From NCBI GenBank assembly GCA_944386165.1, contig CALXAA010000001.1, positions 67,231 to 131,230 of the forward strand: a stretch of DNA of 64,000 nt, read 5' to 3'. A model generated the notes under the pieces. That model was not told the origin of the DNA. It made no database searches and was given only the letters and a program-made list of their open reading frames with translations. Source of the stretch: an uncultured Clostridia bacterium (GTDB lineage Bacteria; Bacillota; Clostridia; TANB77; CAG-508). Made by a program: the position numbers and the translations under genes. Of the stretch, positions 28,951-39,071 are shown piece after piece (within the stretch, counting starts at the first letter, position 1; every line of letters starts with the position of its first letter).

Positions 28951-30337
28951 TAGCCCCCTCTAATTCCAAATTAATTAAATTATTCATTTCTACAGCATAT
29001 TCTACAGGAAGTTCTTTAGAAATTGGATAAGCAAAACCTCTAACAATCATTGCTTTAGCATCTTCTTCAGACAATCCTCTTGACATTAAATAAAAAATTG
29101 TTTTGTCACTTATTTTTCCTATTTTAGCTTCATGAGAAAATTCAACTTCATCTGTTTTTATGTCGTTTACTGGTATTGTGTCAGATTTAGAAATATCATC
29201 TAACATAAGAGATTCACAACTTACACTACATTTAGAATTTTTAGCATTTTCATTTATTCTAACAAGTGATCTATATGTGCAAGCTCCACCATCTTTTGAT
29301 ATTGATTTAGAATTTATTACAGATGATGTATTTGGAGCATTATGAATTACCTTAAATCCTGTATCTAGGTTCTGTCCTCCTCCTGCAAATGTTATTCCTG
29401 TATATTCTGTTTTTGATCCTTGTCCATTTAAAATACTCATTGGATATAACATTGAAACTTTTGATCCAAATGAACCTGTTACCCAATCCATTTGAGCATT
29501 TTTTCCAACAATTGCTTTTTTTGTATTTAAATTCATCATATTTTTAGACCAATTTTCAATTGTTGAATATCTTAAGTATGCATTATCTTTAACATATAAT
29601 TCTACACAACCAGCATGTAAATTAACTTTATTATATTTTGGTGCTGAACATCCTTCTATAAAATGTAAACTTGCTCCTTCATCAACTATTATTAATGTAT
29701 GTTCAAATTGTCCTGATTCTGGAGAATTTAGTCTAAAATATGATTGTAATGGAAAATCAAGTTTTACTCCTTTTGGTACATATACAAAAGATCCTCCAGA
29801 CCATACGGCAGCATGTAATGCAACAAATTTATGGTCACTGATTGGAACACATTTCATAAAATGTTTTTTTACTATCTCAGGATAATCTCTTACTGCAGAT
29901 TCCATATCAGTATAAATTACACCTTGTTTTATTAAGTCCTCTTTCATACTATGATATACAACTTCAGAATCATATTGTGCTCCAACTCCTGCAAGCGATT
30001 TCTTTTCTGCTTCTGGTATTCCAAGCTTATCAAATGTATTTTTTATATCTTCAGGAACATCTTCCCATGAACTGTTTAATTTTGATTTTGGCTTAACATA
30101 TGTTGCAATATCATCCATATTTAATTCTGATAAATCTGGTCCCCATGTTGGAAGTTCTAATTCTTCATACATTTTTAGTGCTTTTAATCTTATTTCTAAC
30201 ATCCAGTCTGGTTCGTTTTTTAACCTTGAAATTTCTTCTACAATCTCTCTGTTTAGTCCTTGTATTTTAATTTCATAATCATCTTTGTTTTTTATATCAT
30301 ATATATTTCTATTTATATCTTCTACTTGAGTTTTCAT
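28943..30337 (-). CDS. sufB: Fe-S cluster assembly protein SufB
   Basis: Strong SufB pattern (GAQYDSEVVYH, HFIEGCSAP, FSHEAKIGKIS..FYLMSRGL). I place the start at M15 of the track ORF, 14 nt after the sufC stop and preceded by aaaggga. Confidence 0.93.
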   Translation of the reverse strand: MKTQVEDINRNIYDIKNKDDYEIKIQGLNREIVEEISRLKNEPDWMLEIRLKALKMYEELELPTWGPDLSELNMDDIATYVKPKSKLNSSWEDVPEDIKNTFDKLGIPEAEKKSLAGVGAQYDSEVVYHSMKEDLIKQGVIYTDMESAVRDYPEIVKKHFMKCVPISDHKFVALHAAVWSGGSFVYVPKGVKLDFPLQSYFRLNSPESGQFEHTLIIVDEGASLHFIEGCSAPKYNKVNLHAGCVELYVKDNAYLRYSTIENWSKNMMNLNTKKAIVGKNAQMDWVTGSFGSKVSMLYPMSILNGQGSKTEYTGITFAGGGQNLDTGFKVIHNAPNTSSVINSKSISKDGGACTYRSLVRINENAKNSKCSVSCESLMLDDISKSDTIPVNDIKTDEVEFSHEAKIGKISDKTIFYLMSRGLSEEDAKAMIVRGFAYPISKELPVEYAVEMNNLINLELEGAIG

Positions 30338-30350
30338 TTTTTCCCTTTCA

Positions 30351-31094
30351 TTATAAATTTTTAAATTGTGTGTATCCATTTTCGTCTATTTCTTTTGCTA
30401 GTTCTGCTGTACCTGTTTTTACAATTTTTCCATTTATTAATACATGTACAAAGTCAACATCTAAATGATTTAAAATTCTTGTATTATGAGTTATAATTAA
30501 AACTGCATTTTCACTTGATTTATACATTTCTATTCCTTTAGATACTATTTTTATTGCATCTACATCTAGTCCTGAATCTGTTTCATCTAAAATTGCAAGT
30601 TTTGGATTTAATATAAGCATTTGTAAAATTTCATTTTTCTTTTTTTCTCCACCAGAAAATCCAACATTTAAATTTCTTTCAATTAATTTTGGATTCATGT
30701 TTAATTCTTCTGAAAATTTCTTTACGGAATCTTTAAACTCAAAAATTTTTACAGGTTTATTTGTAATATTATTTTTAGCTGTTCTTAAAAAATTAATTGT
30801 TGATATTCCTGGAATTTCTTCTGGCATTTGAAATGACATAAATATTCCTTTTTTTGCAATTTTATCTGTACTTAGGTCATTTATGTTTTCTCCTTCAAAA
30901 TCTATTTGACCACTTATTTTTTTGTATTCAGGATTGTTTAATATTACATTTGCAAGAGTCGATTTTCCTGCTCCATTTGGTCCCATTATAACATGGACTT
31001 CTCCTTTTTTTATGTTTAAATTTAATCCTTTTAATATTTCTTTTTCTCCTGCATTTACATATAAATCTTTTATTTCAAGTAATTTGTTTTCCAT
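30351..31094 (-). CDS. sufC: Fe-S cluster assembly ATPase SufC
   Basis: Walker A GPNGAGKST, ABC signature FSGGEKKKNE, Walker B LAILDETDSGLD. Confidence 0.95.
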   Translation of the reverse strand: MENKLLEIKDLYVNAGEKEILKGLNLNIKKGEVHVIMGPNGAGKSTLANVILNNPEYKKISGQIDFEGENINDLSTDKIAKKGIFMSFQMPEEIPGISTINFLRTAKNNITNKPVKIFEFKDSVKKFSEELNMNPKLIERNLNVGFSGGEKKKNEILQMLILNPKLAILDETDSGLDVDAIKIVSKGIEMYKSSENAVLIITHNTRILNHLDVDFVHVLINGKIVKTGTAELAKEIDENGYTQFKNL

Positions 31095-31114
31095 TTTTTG
31101 TTTCCTTTCTATTA

Positions 31115-31570
31115 TTATATTTTTGACTTTACGTCTGTTCTTTTTATACAGCTTCTACATTGTTCATTATTAATATCATAATTACAATTTAAACTTTTTA
31201 ATCCTAAAGCATTATGAACATATTTTGCTAATTTATTAATCGTATTATCACTAATTGTGGATTTTATTTTTTCTGCTTCGCTTTTTGCTTCTTCTTCATC
31301 TAAATTTAATACATCTTTCATAAATAAATAAGTAATATCATATGCTTCTAAAATTTTTTTTGCCAAATTTTCTCCTTGTTTTGTTAATTCTATTGTTCCA
31401 TATGTTTCATAATTTATTAGTTTTTCTTCTTTTAAAATATTAATTGCTTTATTAACACTAGGTTTACTACATTTCATTTTTTTGGCTATGTCTGTTACTC
31501 TAATCTTACCATTCTGCTTTTTTAAAATGTACATGTTTTTTATATATTCTTCCGATGATTTTGATATCAT
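31115..31570 (-). CDS. DtxR/MntR-family transcriptional regulator with a C-terminal Cys-x8-Cys-x2-Cys tail; first gene of the suf operon
   Basis: SSEEYIKNMYILKKQNGKIRVTDIAKKMKCSKPSVNKAINILKEEKLI matches the DtxR-family wHTH. I prefer the start at M14 of the track ORF (SD aaggagag 7 nt upstream). The tail reads LNCNYDINNEQCRSC. Confidence 0.75.
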   Translation of the reverse strand: MISKSSEEYIKNMYILKKQNGKIRVTDIAKKMKCSKPSVNKAINILKEEKLINYETYGTIELTKQGENLAKKILEAYDITYLFMKDVLNLDEEEAKSEAEKIKSTISDNTINKLAKYVHNALGLKSLNCNYDINNEQCRSCIKRTDVKSKI

Positions 31571-31613
31571 ATTTTTCTCTCCTTTTGCTAATTTTTTTTG
31601 CATTAGCAAATTT

Positions 31614-31631
31614 TGTTAACTACGGTTAACA
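31614..31631. promoter_or_regulatory. Perfect 7-4-7 palindrome TGTTAAC-tacg-GTTAACA abutting the -10 of the suf promoter (candidate operator)
   Basis: Read directly from the sequence. It lies about 44 nt upstream of the regulator start codon. A second inverted repeat, TTGCTAAT-n9-ATTAGCAA, sits at 31585-31609. Confidence 0.55.
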
Positions 31632-31659
31632 TTGTACCATTTATCCAATTGTTTGTCAA
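31631..31659 (-). promoter_or_regulatory. Sigma-A-type promoter of the regulator-sufCBDS(U) operon
   Basis: On the minus strand: TTGACA, a 17-nt spacer, then TACAAT, preceded by TGg. Confidence 0.6.
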
Positions 31660-31689
31660 GGCTAACTTCTAAATTTCATAAAGAAAAAA

Positions 31690-31723
31690 AGATTTACTAA
31701 GTATCTAATTACTTAATAAATCT
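31690..31723. terminator. Hairpin terminator after the AI-2E transporter gene
   Basis: agatttactaagta / tacttaataaatct arms with one mismatch, flanked by an A-run and a T-run. Confidence 0.6.
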
Positions 31724-31736
31724 TTTTTTGGATAAT

Positions 31737-32879
31737 TTAATAATTGTATTTTTGTTTATTTTTATATTCTACCCAATCACATATAATTATTTTTAAAACT
31801 GTTGCAACTGGAACTCCTAAGAACATTCCAAGAACTCCAAAATATGCTCCACCTAATGCAACTGCTCCTATTACAATTAATTGGCTTATATCTAAAGAGC
31901 TTCCTAATATTTTTGGATTTATAATGTTTGAATCAATTTGTTGTAATATTATAACAACAATTGCCATTATTATAGCTTGTGATAACCCTCCAGTTATAAT
32001 TGTTATTAATACACTTATAGCAACTGCAAATATTGCTCCAAAATATGGTATTACATTAAATAACCCTATCATAAATCCTAAAAGAACAGAATATTTTACT
32101 CCAATAATAGACATTGCTATTGTAACAAGTACGCCAACTACTACGGCATCAATTAATTGACCACTAATAAATTTAAAGAATACTTCATTAGTTTTATTGA
32201 AATATTTGTTAATTGTACTACATATTTTTTCATTAAATAGTGCCATACATAACTTATTCAAAAAATTTACTATTTTTGTTCTTTGAAGTAAAATGTATAC
32301 TGAAACTACTATTGTTACAAACGCATCAAATACTCCACTTGCAACTCCAACAGCACCCTTTATATATTCTGTTATTTTTTCATAGTTTATATATTTTGTC
32401 AAATCAATTTCTTGTAGACTTTTACCTAAACCTTTTATTGTTTCTACGACTTTTTCGTTCTTTAGTATTGAATCTTCAGGTAAAGAGTTTAACTTATCCA
32501 TTGTAGAATTCCAATAAGTTTGAAAATTATTTACTAATTCTACTATACTATCTGTTACTATTGGTAAAATTACATTTACAAGTAAAATTATTAATAATAT
32601 TGCAATAGTAAATGTAAGTAGTACACTTATTCCTCTAGCTCTTTTCCTTATAAATTTTTTCTTAGATTTTACAAATTTTTTTTCAATTCTTGATTCTGGT
32701 ATATATAGAAGATAAGCTAATAATGCTCCTGCTAAAAATGGTGATATTGCTTCAAAAAAATTTCCTATTGCATTGCCAATTGCCGTAAAATTATCTAAAA
32801 ATTTATATACAAGTATTATTGCAACAGCAAGCATAAACCAGTACATCCATTTTGAAAAGTTTCTTTTTATTTCATTCAT
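31737..32879 (-). CDS. AI-2E family transporter (PerM/YhhT-like permease)
   Basis: 380-aa multi-TM protein containing the NVIPYFGAIFAV motif typical of the family. Confidence 0.8.
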   Translation of the reverse strand: MNEIKRNFSKWMYWFMLAVAIILVYKFLDNFTAIGNAIGNFFEAISPFLAGALLAYLLYIPESRIEKKFVKSKKKFIRKRARGISVLLTFTIAILLIILLVNVILPIVTDSIVELVNNFQTYWNSTMDKLNSLPEDSILKNEKVVETIKGLGKSLQEIDLTKYINYEKITEYIKGAVGVASGVFDAFVTIVVSVYILLQRTKIVNFLNKLCMALFNEKICSTINKYFNKTNEVFFKFISGQLIDAVVVGVLVTIAMSIIGVKYSVLLGFMIGLFNVIPYFGAIFAVAISVLITIITGGLSQAIIMAIVVIILQQIDSNIINPKILGSSLDISQLIVIGAVALGGAYFGVLGMFLGVPVATVLKIIICDWVEYKNKQKYNY

Positions 32880-32906
32880 ATAATCACTCCTTTTGCTAGT
32901 AATGTT

Positions 32907-33659
32907 TTATAGATTTATTTCTAAACCAATAGGACAATGATCACTTCCAAGAACTTCTGAATATATTGTTGCCTCTTTTATATTTTTTTTAATATCTTTT
33001 GATGTAATAAAATAGTCAATTCTCCAACCTATATTTTTTTCTCTAGCGTGTCCCATATATGACCACCAACTATATTCTTGCTTTTCTGGATACAAATATC
33101 TAAAACTATCTGTAAATCCTGCATTTAGAAGTTCTGTCATTTTTTCTCTTTCTTCATCTGTAAATCCTGCATTTCCTCTATTTGTTTTTGGATTTTTTAA
33201 ATCTATTTCTTCATGTGCTACATTCAAGTCTCCACACATTATTACAGGTTTTGTTTTATTCAAATTTAGTAAATATTTTCTTATTTCATCTTCCCAAATC
33301 ATTCTATAATCTAGTCTTTCTAATTCTCTTTTTGCATTTGGTGTATAATTTGTTACTAAATAAAAGTTTTCAAATTCTAAAGTAATTATTCTTCCTTCTT
33401 TATCATGCTCTTCTTTCCCTATACCATATGTTACATTTAATGGTTTCTTTTTTGTAAATACTGCTGTTCCTGAATATCCTTTCTTTTCTGCACTATTCCA
33501 GTAACTTGTATATCCTTCTATTTCTAATTCAACTTGTCCTTGCTGACATTTGGTTTCTTGTAAACAAAAAATGTCGGCATTTGCCTCTTTAAAAAAATCT
33601 AAAAAACCTTTTTTTAAACAAGCTCTTATTCCATTTACATTCCATGATATAAGTTTCAT
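32907..33659 (-). CDS. xth: Exodeoxyribonuclease III
   Basis: MKLISWNVNGIRA, CLQETK, GDLNVAH and LGSDHCPI motifs. Confidence 0.95.
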   Translation of the reverse strand: MKLISWNVNGIRACLKKGFLDFFKEANADIFCLQETKCQQGQVELEIEGYTSYWNSAEKKGYSGTAVFTKKKPLNVTYGIGKEEHDKEGRIITLEFENFYLVTNYTPNAKRELERLDYRMIWEDEIRKYLLNLNKTKPVIMCGDLNVAHEEIDLKNPKTNRGNAGFTDEEREKMTELLNAGFTDSFRYLYPEKQEYSWWSYMGHAREKNIGWRIDYFITSKDIKKNIKEATIYSEVLGSDHCPIGLEINL

Positions 33660-33825
33660 ATTTTGCTTTCCTTCCTAATCTATTGTAAATATTTTATAAC
33701 TACATATTTATTATAACACATTTTTCCTTAAATTGTAAAGTTTTAAGGAAACATTAAGAAAGATTAATCATTGCAAAATACTACAAAAAAATAGTAAGAG
33801 ACTTTTCTTACTATTTTTTCAATAT

Positions 33826-34701
33826 CTATTTAAGTTGTTTCATAACTTCTTCTGCAAAGTTTTCTTCTTTTTTCTCAATTCCTTCTCCTGTTTCAAATCT
33901 TGCAAATTCTACAACTTTTGCATCTTTTAATATATTAGATACTTTTTGGCTTGGATCTTTAACAAATTCTTGGTCAACTAAGCAAATTTCTTCATAGAAT
34001 TTATTAATTCTTCCCATAACTATTTTTTCTGCAATTGCTTCTGGTTTTCCTTCATTCATTGTTTGTGCTTTTAAAATTTCTTTTTCTTTTTCTAATCTTT
34101 CAGCAGGAACTTGTTCTCTACTTACAAATTCAGGTCTTGCAGCAGCAATTTGCATACATACATCTTTTGCTAATTCTTTATTTCCTGATGTCATATTTAC
34201 TAATACTGCAATTTTTCCATCTCCATGGATGTATTTTTCAATTAATCCATCTGTTGTTTCAAATCTTGCAAATCTTCTGATTGAAATATTTTCTCCAATT
34301 GTTGCAATTTTTCCAATTAATGCTTCATTTACCGTTTTTCCTTCTTCAAATATTGCTGGTTCTTGAAGTAAGTCTTCAACTGTTTTTGGGTTATTTTTTA
34401 CTACTTGTTTTGCTATATCCATTACAAATGTTCTAAATTCTTGATTTTTAGCTACGAAGTCTGTTTCAGAATTTACTTCTACTATAGCTCCAACTTTTCC
34501 ATCTTCTGAAATATATGCTTCTACCATACCTTCAGCAGCTACTCTTCCAGATTTTTTAGCAGCTTTTGCTATTCCTCTTTCACGTAAAAGTTCTGATGCT
34601 TTTTCTAAGTCTCCATCTGTTTCTGTTAAAACTTTTTTGCAGTCCATCATTCCTGCACCTGTTCTTTCTCTTAGTTCTTTAACTAATGCAGCTGTAACCA
34701 T
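33826..34701 (-). CDS. tsf: Translation elongation factor Ts
   Basis: [24 protein letters not shown]-terminus. Lies downstream of rpsB. Confidence 0.95.
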   Translation of the reverse strand: MVTAALVKELRERTGAGMMDCKKVLTETDGDLEKASELLRERGIAKAAKKSGRVAAEGMVEAYISEDGKVGAIVEVNSETDFVAKNQEFRTFVMDIAKQVVKNNPKTVEDLLQEPAIFEEGKTVNEALIGKIATIGENISIRRFARFETTDGLIEKYIHGDGKIAVLVNMTSGNKELAKDVCMQIAAARPEFVSREQVPAERLEKEKEILKAQTMNEGKPEAIAEKIVMGRINKFYEEICLVDQEFVKDPSQKVSNILKDAKVVEFARFETGEGIEKKEENFAEEVMKQLK

Positions 34702-34820
34702 TTAAAATTCCTCCTTTTATATTTTTGTTAATCTGTTTTTACAGATTACTTTTTATTAAAATAGAGTAGAGCAGTTAAAGCCCTACTCTTATTTAGTGGT
34801 AAATCCACTTTTTTACAAAA

Positions 34821-35603
34821 TTATTCTTCAACTTTTTCTTCAGCTTCTGCTACAACTTGTTCCATTGATGTTGCTTCTTCTGTTGGTTGTTGTTCTTCAG
34901 ATTCTGCTGTTTCAAAGCTTTCTCCTTGTTTTCCTTCGATTATTGCGTTTGCCATAACATCTGCTATTAAGCTTACAGATCTTATTGCATCATCATTTCC
35001 TGGAATTGGATAATCTAATTCTTGTGGATTGCAGTTTGTATCTACAATTCCTACAACTGGAATGTTTAATTTTTTAGCTTCTAATATTGCTATTCTTTCT
35101 TTTTTAGGATCTACTAAGAATATAACTCCTGGTAGTTTGTCCATTTCTTTGATTCCACCAAGATTTTTTTCTAGTTTTTCCATTTCTTTCTTTAATAAGA
35201 TTACTTCTTTTTTTGGTAATACATCAAATGTACCATCTTGTTCCATTTTTTCAAGATCTTTTAATCTTTGAATTCTTTTTTGGATTGTGTCAAAGTTTGT
35301 TAGCATTCCTCCTAACCATCTTTGATTTACATAGTACATTCCGCTCTTTTCTGCAGCTTCTTTCATGCATTCTTGAGCTTGTTTTTTTGTTCCAACAAAT
35401 AGAACTGTTTTTCCTTCTTCTACTTGTTCTTTGATGAATTCATATGCTTCATCAATTTTCTTTGAAGCTTTTTGTAAGTCGATGATATGGATTCCGTTTC
35501 TAGCTTGGAATATGTATTCAGCCATTCTTGGATCCCATCTTCTTGTTTGATGTCCAAAATGAACACCTGCTTCTAGTAATTGTTTCATTGCAACTACTGA
35601 CAT
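34821..35603 (-). CDS. rpsB: 30S ribosomal protein S2
   Basis: [28 protein letters not shown] use the internal ATG (SD gggagg upstream) rather than the 27-codon N-terminal extension in the ORF track. Confidence 0.95.
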   Translation of the reverse strand: MSVVAMKQLLEAGVHFGHQTRRWDPRMAEYIFQARNGIHIIDLQKASKKIDEAYEFIKEQVEEGKTVLFVGTKKQAQECMKEAAEKSGMYYVNQRWLGGMLTNFDTIQKRIQRLKDLEKMEQDGTFDVLPKKEVILLKKEMEKLEKNLGGIKEMDKLPGVIFLVDPKKERIAILEAKKLNIPVVGIVDTNCNPQELDYPIPGNDDAIRSVSLIADVMANAIIEGKQGESFETAESEEQQPTEEATSMEQVVAEAEEKVEE

Positions 35604-35716
35604 TTTTAATTCCTCCCTTTTTGTTTTTTTCTTCCATAAAGTCTCATCATTTACTCGGACCTTATTTAAAAGGCACTTCCCCATAAACTACTCTTTATGT
35701 GTTTTTTACGTACAAT

Positions 35717-35744
35717 ATTATATCACTTTTTTCTGATATGTCAA
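35717..35744 (-). promoter_or_regulatory. Near-consensus sigma-A promoter of rpsB-tsf
   Basis: On the minus strand: TTGACA, a 16-nt spacer, then TGaTATAAT. A leader of about 110 nt follows. Confidence 0.65.
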
Positions 35745-36060
35745 TACTTTCCATAAGAAAATTGCTTATCTAATTATAATTAAAATATATTTATAATAAA
35801 ACAAGCAAATATTTTAATAATTATTATTTATTTTTTTATAATTTAATATATATTTTTTACAAAAAATATTCAAAAAAATTTGAGTAATAAATTTCAATTT
35901 TAAATGTTAAATTATAATTTTTGTTTTATTAATTTGGATTTCTTATTTACCTAGCTTTTTATCTCTTACTTTAATATAAAAAGTTGTTTTTGTGTTACAA
36001 TTTTTTCCATATATTAAGTATATTATTTTCTTATTATATTTCTTTTATTCTTATTAATTT

Positions 36061-36340
36061 AATTATTTTTTATTATTATTAAGATAAATTAAATTTTATT
36101 TTTCTTTATTTTATTATTTAATTTAATTTTTTTTATTATTAATTTATTTATTAAATTTTATTTTTAATTACAATTATTTTTTATATATTTTTATTATTTA
36201 ATAATTAAATATTATTTTTTTGATAAATTTATTTATTTAATTTAAATTATATATTTTATTTTAATATATTTTTTTAAAATTAATTTGCAAATTATTTTTT
36301 ATTTAATTAAATATTTTTTTAAAATTTTTTGTATTTTTTT
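36061..36340. repeat. Near-pure A+T low-complexity tract
   Basis: I count 7 G/C in these 280 nt, about 97% A+T. It is built from irregular ttatt/aattt/taatt units and T-runs. No ORF lies in it. Confidence 0.9.
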
Positions 36341-36544
36341 AAAGTTTATTTTTTACACATATTTTCTTATAATATATTTTACAATTTTGTTTATTAACTT
36401 ATCATTAGTTGCTATCTCCTTAAGCTTACATACATAATGAATAAATTTACAAAAAAATAATAAGTAAATTTATTACTATTTAATATTTTTAATAAAATTT
36501 TATTTATAATAAATATACTTATTATTAATTTGAATAATATAATT

Positions 36545-37465
36545 TTATTTAACACATTTTTCTAATAATTTTATTTTTATTTTTTCATTTGTATTTATTT
36601 TTGCATTTATTCCTATTGGAATTACTGTTTTATTTTCTATATGTCCAAAATTTTCAGATTTTATTATTGGACCTTTAAACTCATTACCTATAACGTCTAT
36701 TAATATTTTTTCTAAAGTTATTCCACTTTCATGAGTATAATTTCCAAGCCAAATTCCTTTTATTTTTTTAAATATTTCATTTTGTTTCATATAATATAGG
36801 AAATTACTTACTAAAGCTGGTCCTGTTTCAAATCCTAGTTCTTCTAAAAATAGTATCTTATCTTTAAAGTCTATATTAAATTTTCCTGCTACCATTGCTC
36901 TTGTTAGACTTAAATTTCCACCTATTAGTCTTCCTTCTGCTATACCTTCTTTTATTGTTTTATAGCCTTCAGGAGTATTTCCAAATTCTAAACTACCATT
37001 TACAAATCTGTTTAAAGCTTCATTTAAGCTATATTCTGTTTCATCTGTTGCTATTGTTTTAAAGTTTGTACCACTAAATGTTACTAATCCTGTTTTTTCA
37101 GTAATTATATTTGTTATTGATGTGATATCACTATATCCACATATTATTTTAGGATTTTGTTTTATTAATTCAAAGTCTAAATATCCAAATGTTGAATTGC
37201 TATTTTCTCCACCTTTTGCACACCATATCATTTTTACTTCTTTATCTGCAAACATTTCATTTATGTCTTTTGCTTTATCTTTTGCTGTTGCACTGTATTC
37301 ATTTGTGTTTGAAAACAAATTTTTTGAAAATTTAACTTTAAAGCCTAAATCTTCTATTATTTTTTTTGCTTTTTTAATTTCTTCCACATTGTCTCCAATT
37401 ATTGGATTTGATGGTGCTACAATTCCTATTGTATCACCTTTTTTTAATTTTTCTGGTATTATCAT
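36545..37465 (-). CDS. S66 family LD-carboxypeptidase (LdcA/MccF-like)
   Basis: GDTIGIVAPS, GYSDITSI (nucleophile Ser) and ENFGHIENKTVIPIG (His) motifs. SD gaaggagg. Confidence 0.8.
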   Translation of the reverse strand: MIIPEKLKKGDTIGIVAPSNPIIGDNVEEIKKAKKIIEDLGFKVKFSKNLFSNTNEYSATAKDKAKDINEMFADKEVKMIWCAKGGENSNSTFGYLDFELIKQNPKIICGYSDITSITNIITEKTGLVTFSGTNFKTIATDETEYSLNEALNRFVNGSLEFGNTPEGYKTIKEGIAEGRLIGGNLSLTRAMVAGKFNIDFKDKILFLEELGFETGPALVSNFLYYMKQNEIFKKIKGIWLGNYTHESGITLEKILIDVIGNEFKGPIIKSENFGHIENKTVIPIGINAKINTNEKIKIKLLEKCVK

Positions 37466-37852
37466 TTTACCTCCTTCTTTCTTGTTATTTATTATATAAT
37501 ATAAATTATTTTAAAATTAATTATATATATAATAAGTGCAAATAAAAAACTTTTTTAGAAAATATTATCATAAATATTATGAAATTACAAATATAAATTT
37601 TAAAATTCCTATTACATTTTCTATTTAAAATACAAAAAGTCCTTACTTGCCTAGCATTTCATTTTATAGTGCAAAATCAGCAATTATATTAAAGTTACAG
37701 TTATTTCCATAAATTATACATATTAAATCTAAAGTTTTTTTATTTTTTCTTATATTATCTTTTAATTTTCTTGTTATTTTTTATTATCTTATTATTAAAT
37801 TTTAAAAAAATAATTTTTATTTTTTAGTATTTATTTTAATTCAATATAAAAA

Positions 37853-37876
37853 ACTAGACAATAAAAAATGTCTAGT
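37853..37876. terminator. Hairpin terminator (actagaca / tgtctagt) after the HAD remnant
   Basis: 8-bp stem with A-run and T-run flanks. Confidence 0.5.
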
Positions 37877-38250
37877 TCAAGTTTTTGCTTTTTTAAATAA
37901 TTCAATTAATTCTTTGAAATTTACCACATTATAGTCTGAAATTTCATTTATTTTTTATATATTTATTTTCACTTATATAAATATTTATAGTTTCTCTCCT
38001 TGAAACTGTAGCAAGAGCAAGTTTTACATTTTGTTTTTAAATATTCACAATAATTTAAATATATATCACCTGAATTATTATCTTTAAAAACATTATCTCT
38101 TTCTATTAATATTTCTTCTGCTCTTTTAGTCTCACCAAGTAAAAATGCCAATTGAACATCTATATTATTATTTATTCCATTTGAATCTATTAGTGTTCCA
38201 TCTAAATCAAAAATTACTAAATTTACATTAGATAAATTTTTTAAATCCAT
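37877..38250 (-). pseudogene. HAD-superfamily hydrolase remnant (internal deletion)
   Basis: N-terminal motif I LVIFDLDGTLIDS in the 37969-38250 ORF. A C-terminal-looking piece, EISDYNVVNFKELIELFKKAKT*, lies at 37877-37945 in another frame. The total span is about 124 codons, against about 210 expected. Confidence 0.45.
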
Positions 38251-38328
38251 TATTAAAAATCTCCCTATTACTTCAAAATTATATACAACAACATTTTTTA
38301 TATTTTGTCCTTTTCTTTTGCCATTTGC

Positions 38329-39060
38329 TTAAACAATTTTATTTTCACCTACTTTTTTTATAAATGCTTCTTCTGATGATAGTTTCTCACCATTTTCTGA
38401 AGTTTTAAATTCATCTATTGTCTCATCTACAATCATTTTTCCATTTTTTATAGCTATAATTCTATTACATAGATTATCAATTTCTGTTAAATTATGACTT
38501 GAAATAATAATTGCTATCCCTTGATGTGATAATTTTTTTATTAAGTTTCTTATTTCTATTATTCCTTCTACATCTAACCCATTTGTAGGCTCATCTAATA
38601 TTAATAGTTCTGGATTATTAATGATTGCTTCTGCAATTCCCAGTCTTTGCCTCATTCCTAATGAATATGTTGAGACTTTATCTTTTATTCTGTTTTCTAA
38701 TCCTACTATTTTTGCTACTTCATCTATTCTACTTTTAGTTATTCCTTTATAATTATTTGCTGTTATTTTTAAATTGTCATATCCTGATAAATACATATAT
38801 GCATCTGGATTTTCTACTATTGCTCCAACTTTTTCTATAGCTTTTACAAAATTCTTTTTAATATCATATCCATTTATAGTTACTTTTCCTTCAGTTAAGT
38901 TTATTAAACCTAAAATAGATTTTATTATTGTTGTTTTTCCAGCTCCATTTGGTCCGATTAATCCAACAATTTCTCCCTTATCTACTGAGAATGAAATATT
39001 TTCTATAATTACTTTTCTTTTTACTTGCTTTTTTAAATTTTCACATACTAAAATTTTCAT
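38329..39060 (-). CDS. ABC transporter ATP-binding protein
   Basis: Walker A GPNGAGKTT, signature YSLGMRQR, Walker B LLILDEPTNGLD. Confidence 0.9.
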   Translation of the reverse strand: MKILVCENLKKQVKRKVIIENISFSVDKGEIVGLIGPNGAGKTTIIKSILGLINLTEGKVTINGYDIKKNFVKAIEKVGAIVENPDAYMYLSGYDNLKITANNYKGITKSRIDEVAKIVGLENRIKDKVSTYSLGMRQRLGIAEAIINNPELLILDEPTNGLDVEGIIEIRNLIKKLSHQGIAIIISSHNLTEIDNLCNRIIAIKNGKMIVDETIDEFKTSENGEKLSSEEAFIKKVGENKIV

Positions 39061-39071
39061 TATTTACACCC

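Noticed and set aside
34821-35684. 287-aa version of rpsB with the extra N-terminus [27 protein letters not shown]
   Set aside because: S2 proteins begin at MSVV.../[19 protein letters not shown] gggagg SD precedes the internal ATG at 35603. The extension would read through the mapped leader.
36001-36400. Possible CRISPR array or tandem-repeat array in the low-complexity region
   Set aside because: The recurring units (ttatt, aattt) are short and irregular. There is no constant repeat and spacer periodicity, and there are no cas genes.
35745-36544. The A/T desert as a replication origin, given that dnaB is nearby
   Set aside because: I find no DnaA-box-like TTATCCACA/TGTGGATAA clusters in it, and no dnaA or dnaN nearby. 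dnaB-rplI-gdpP synteny is only loosely origin-proximal.
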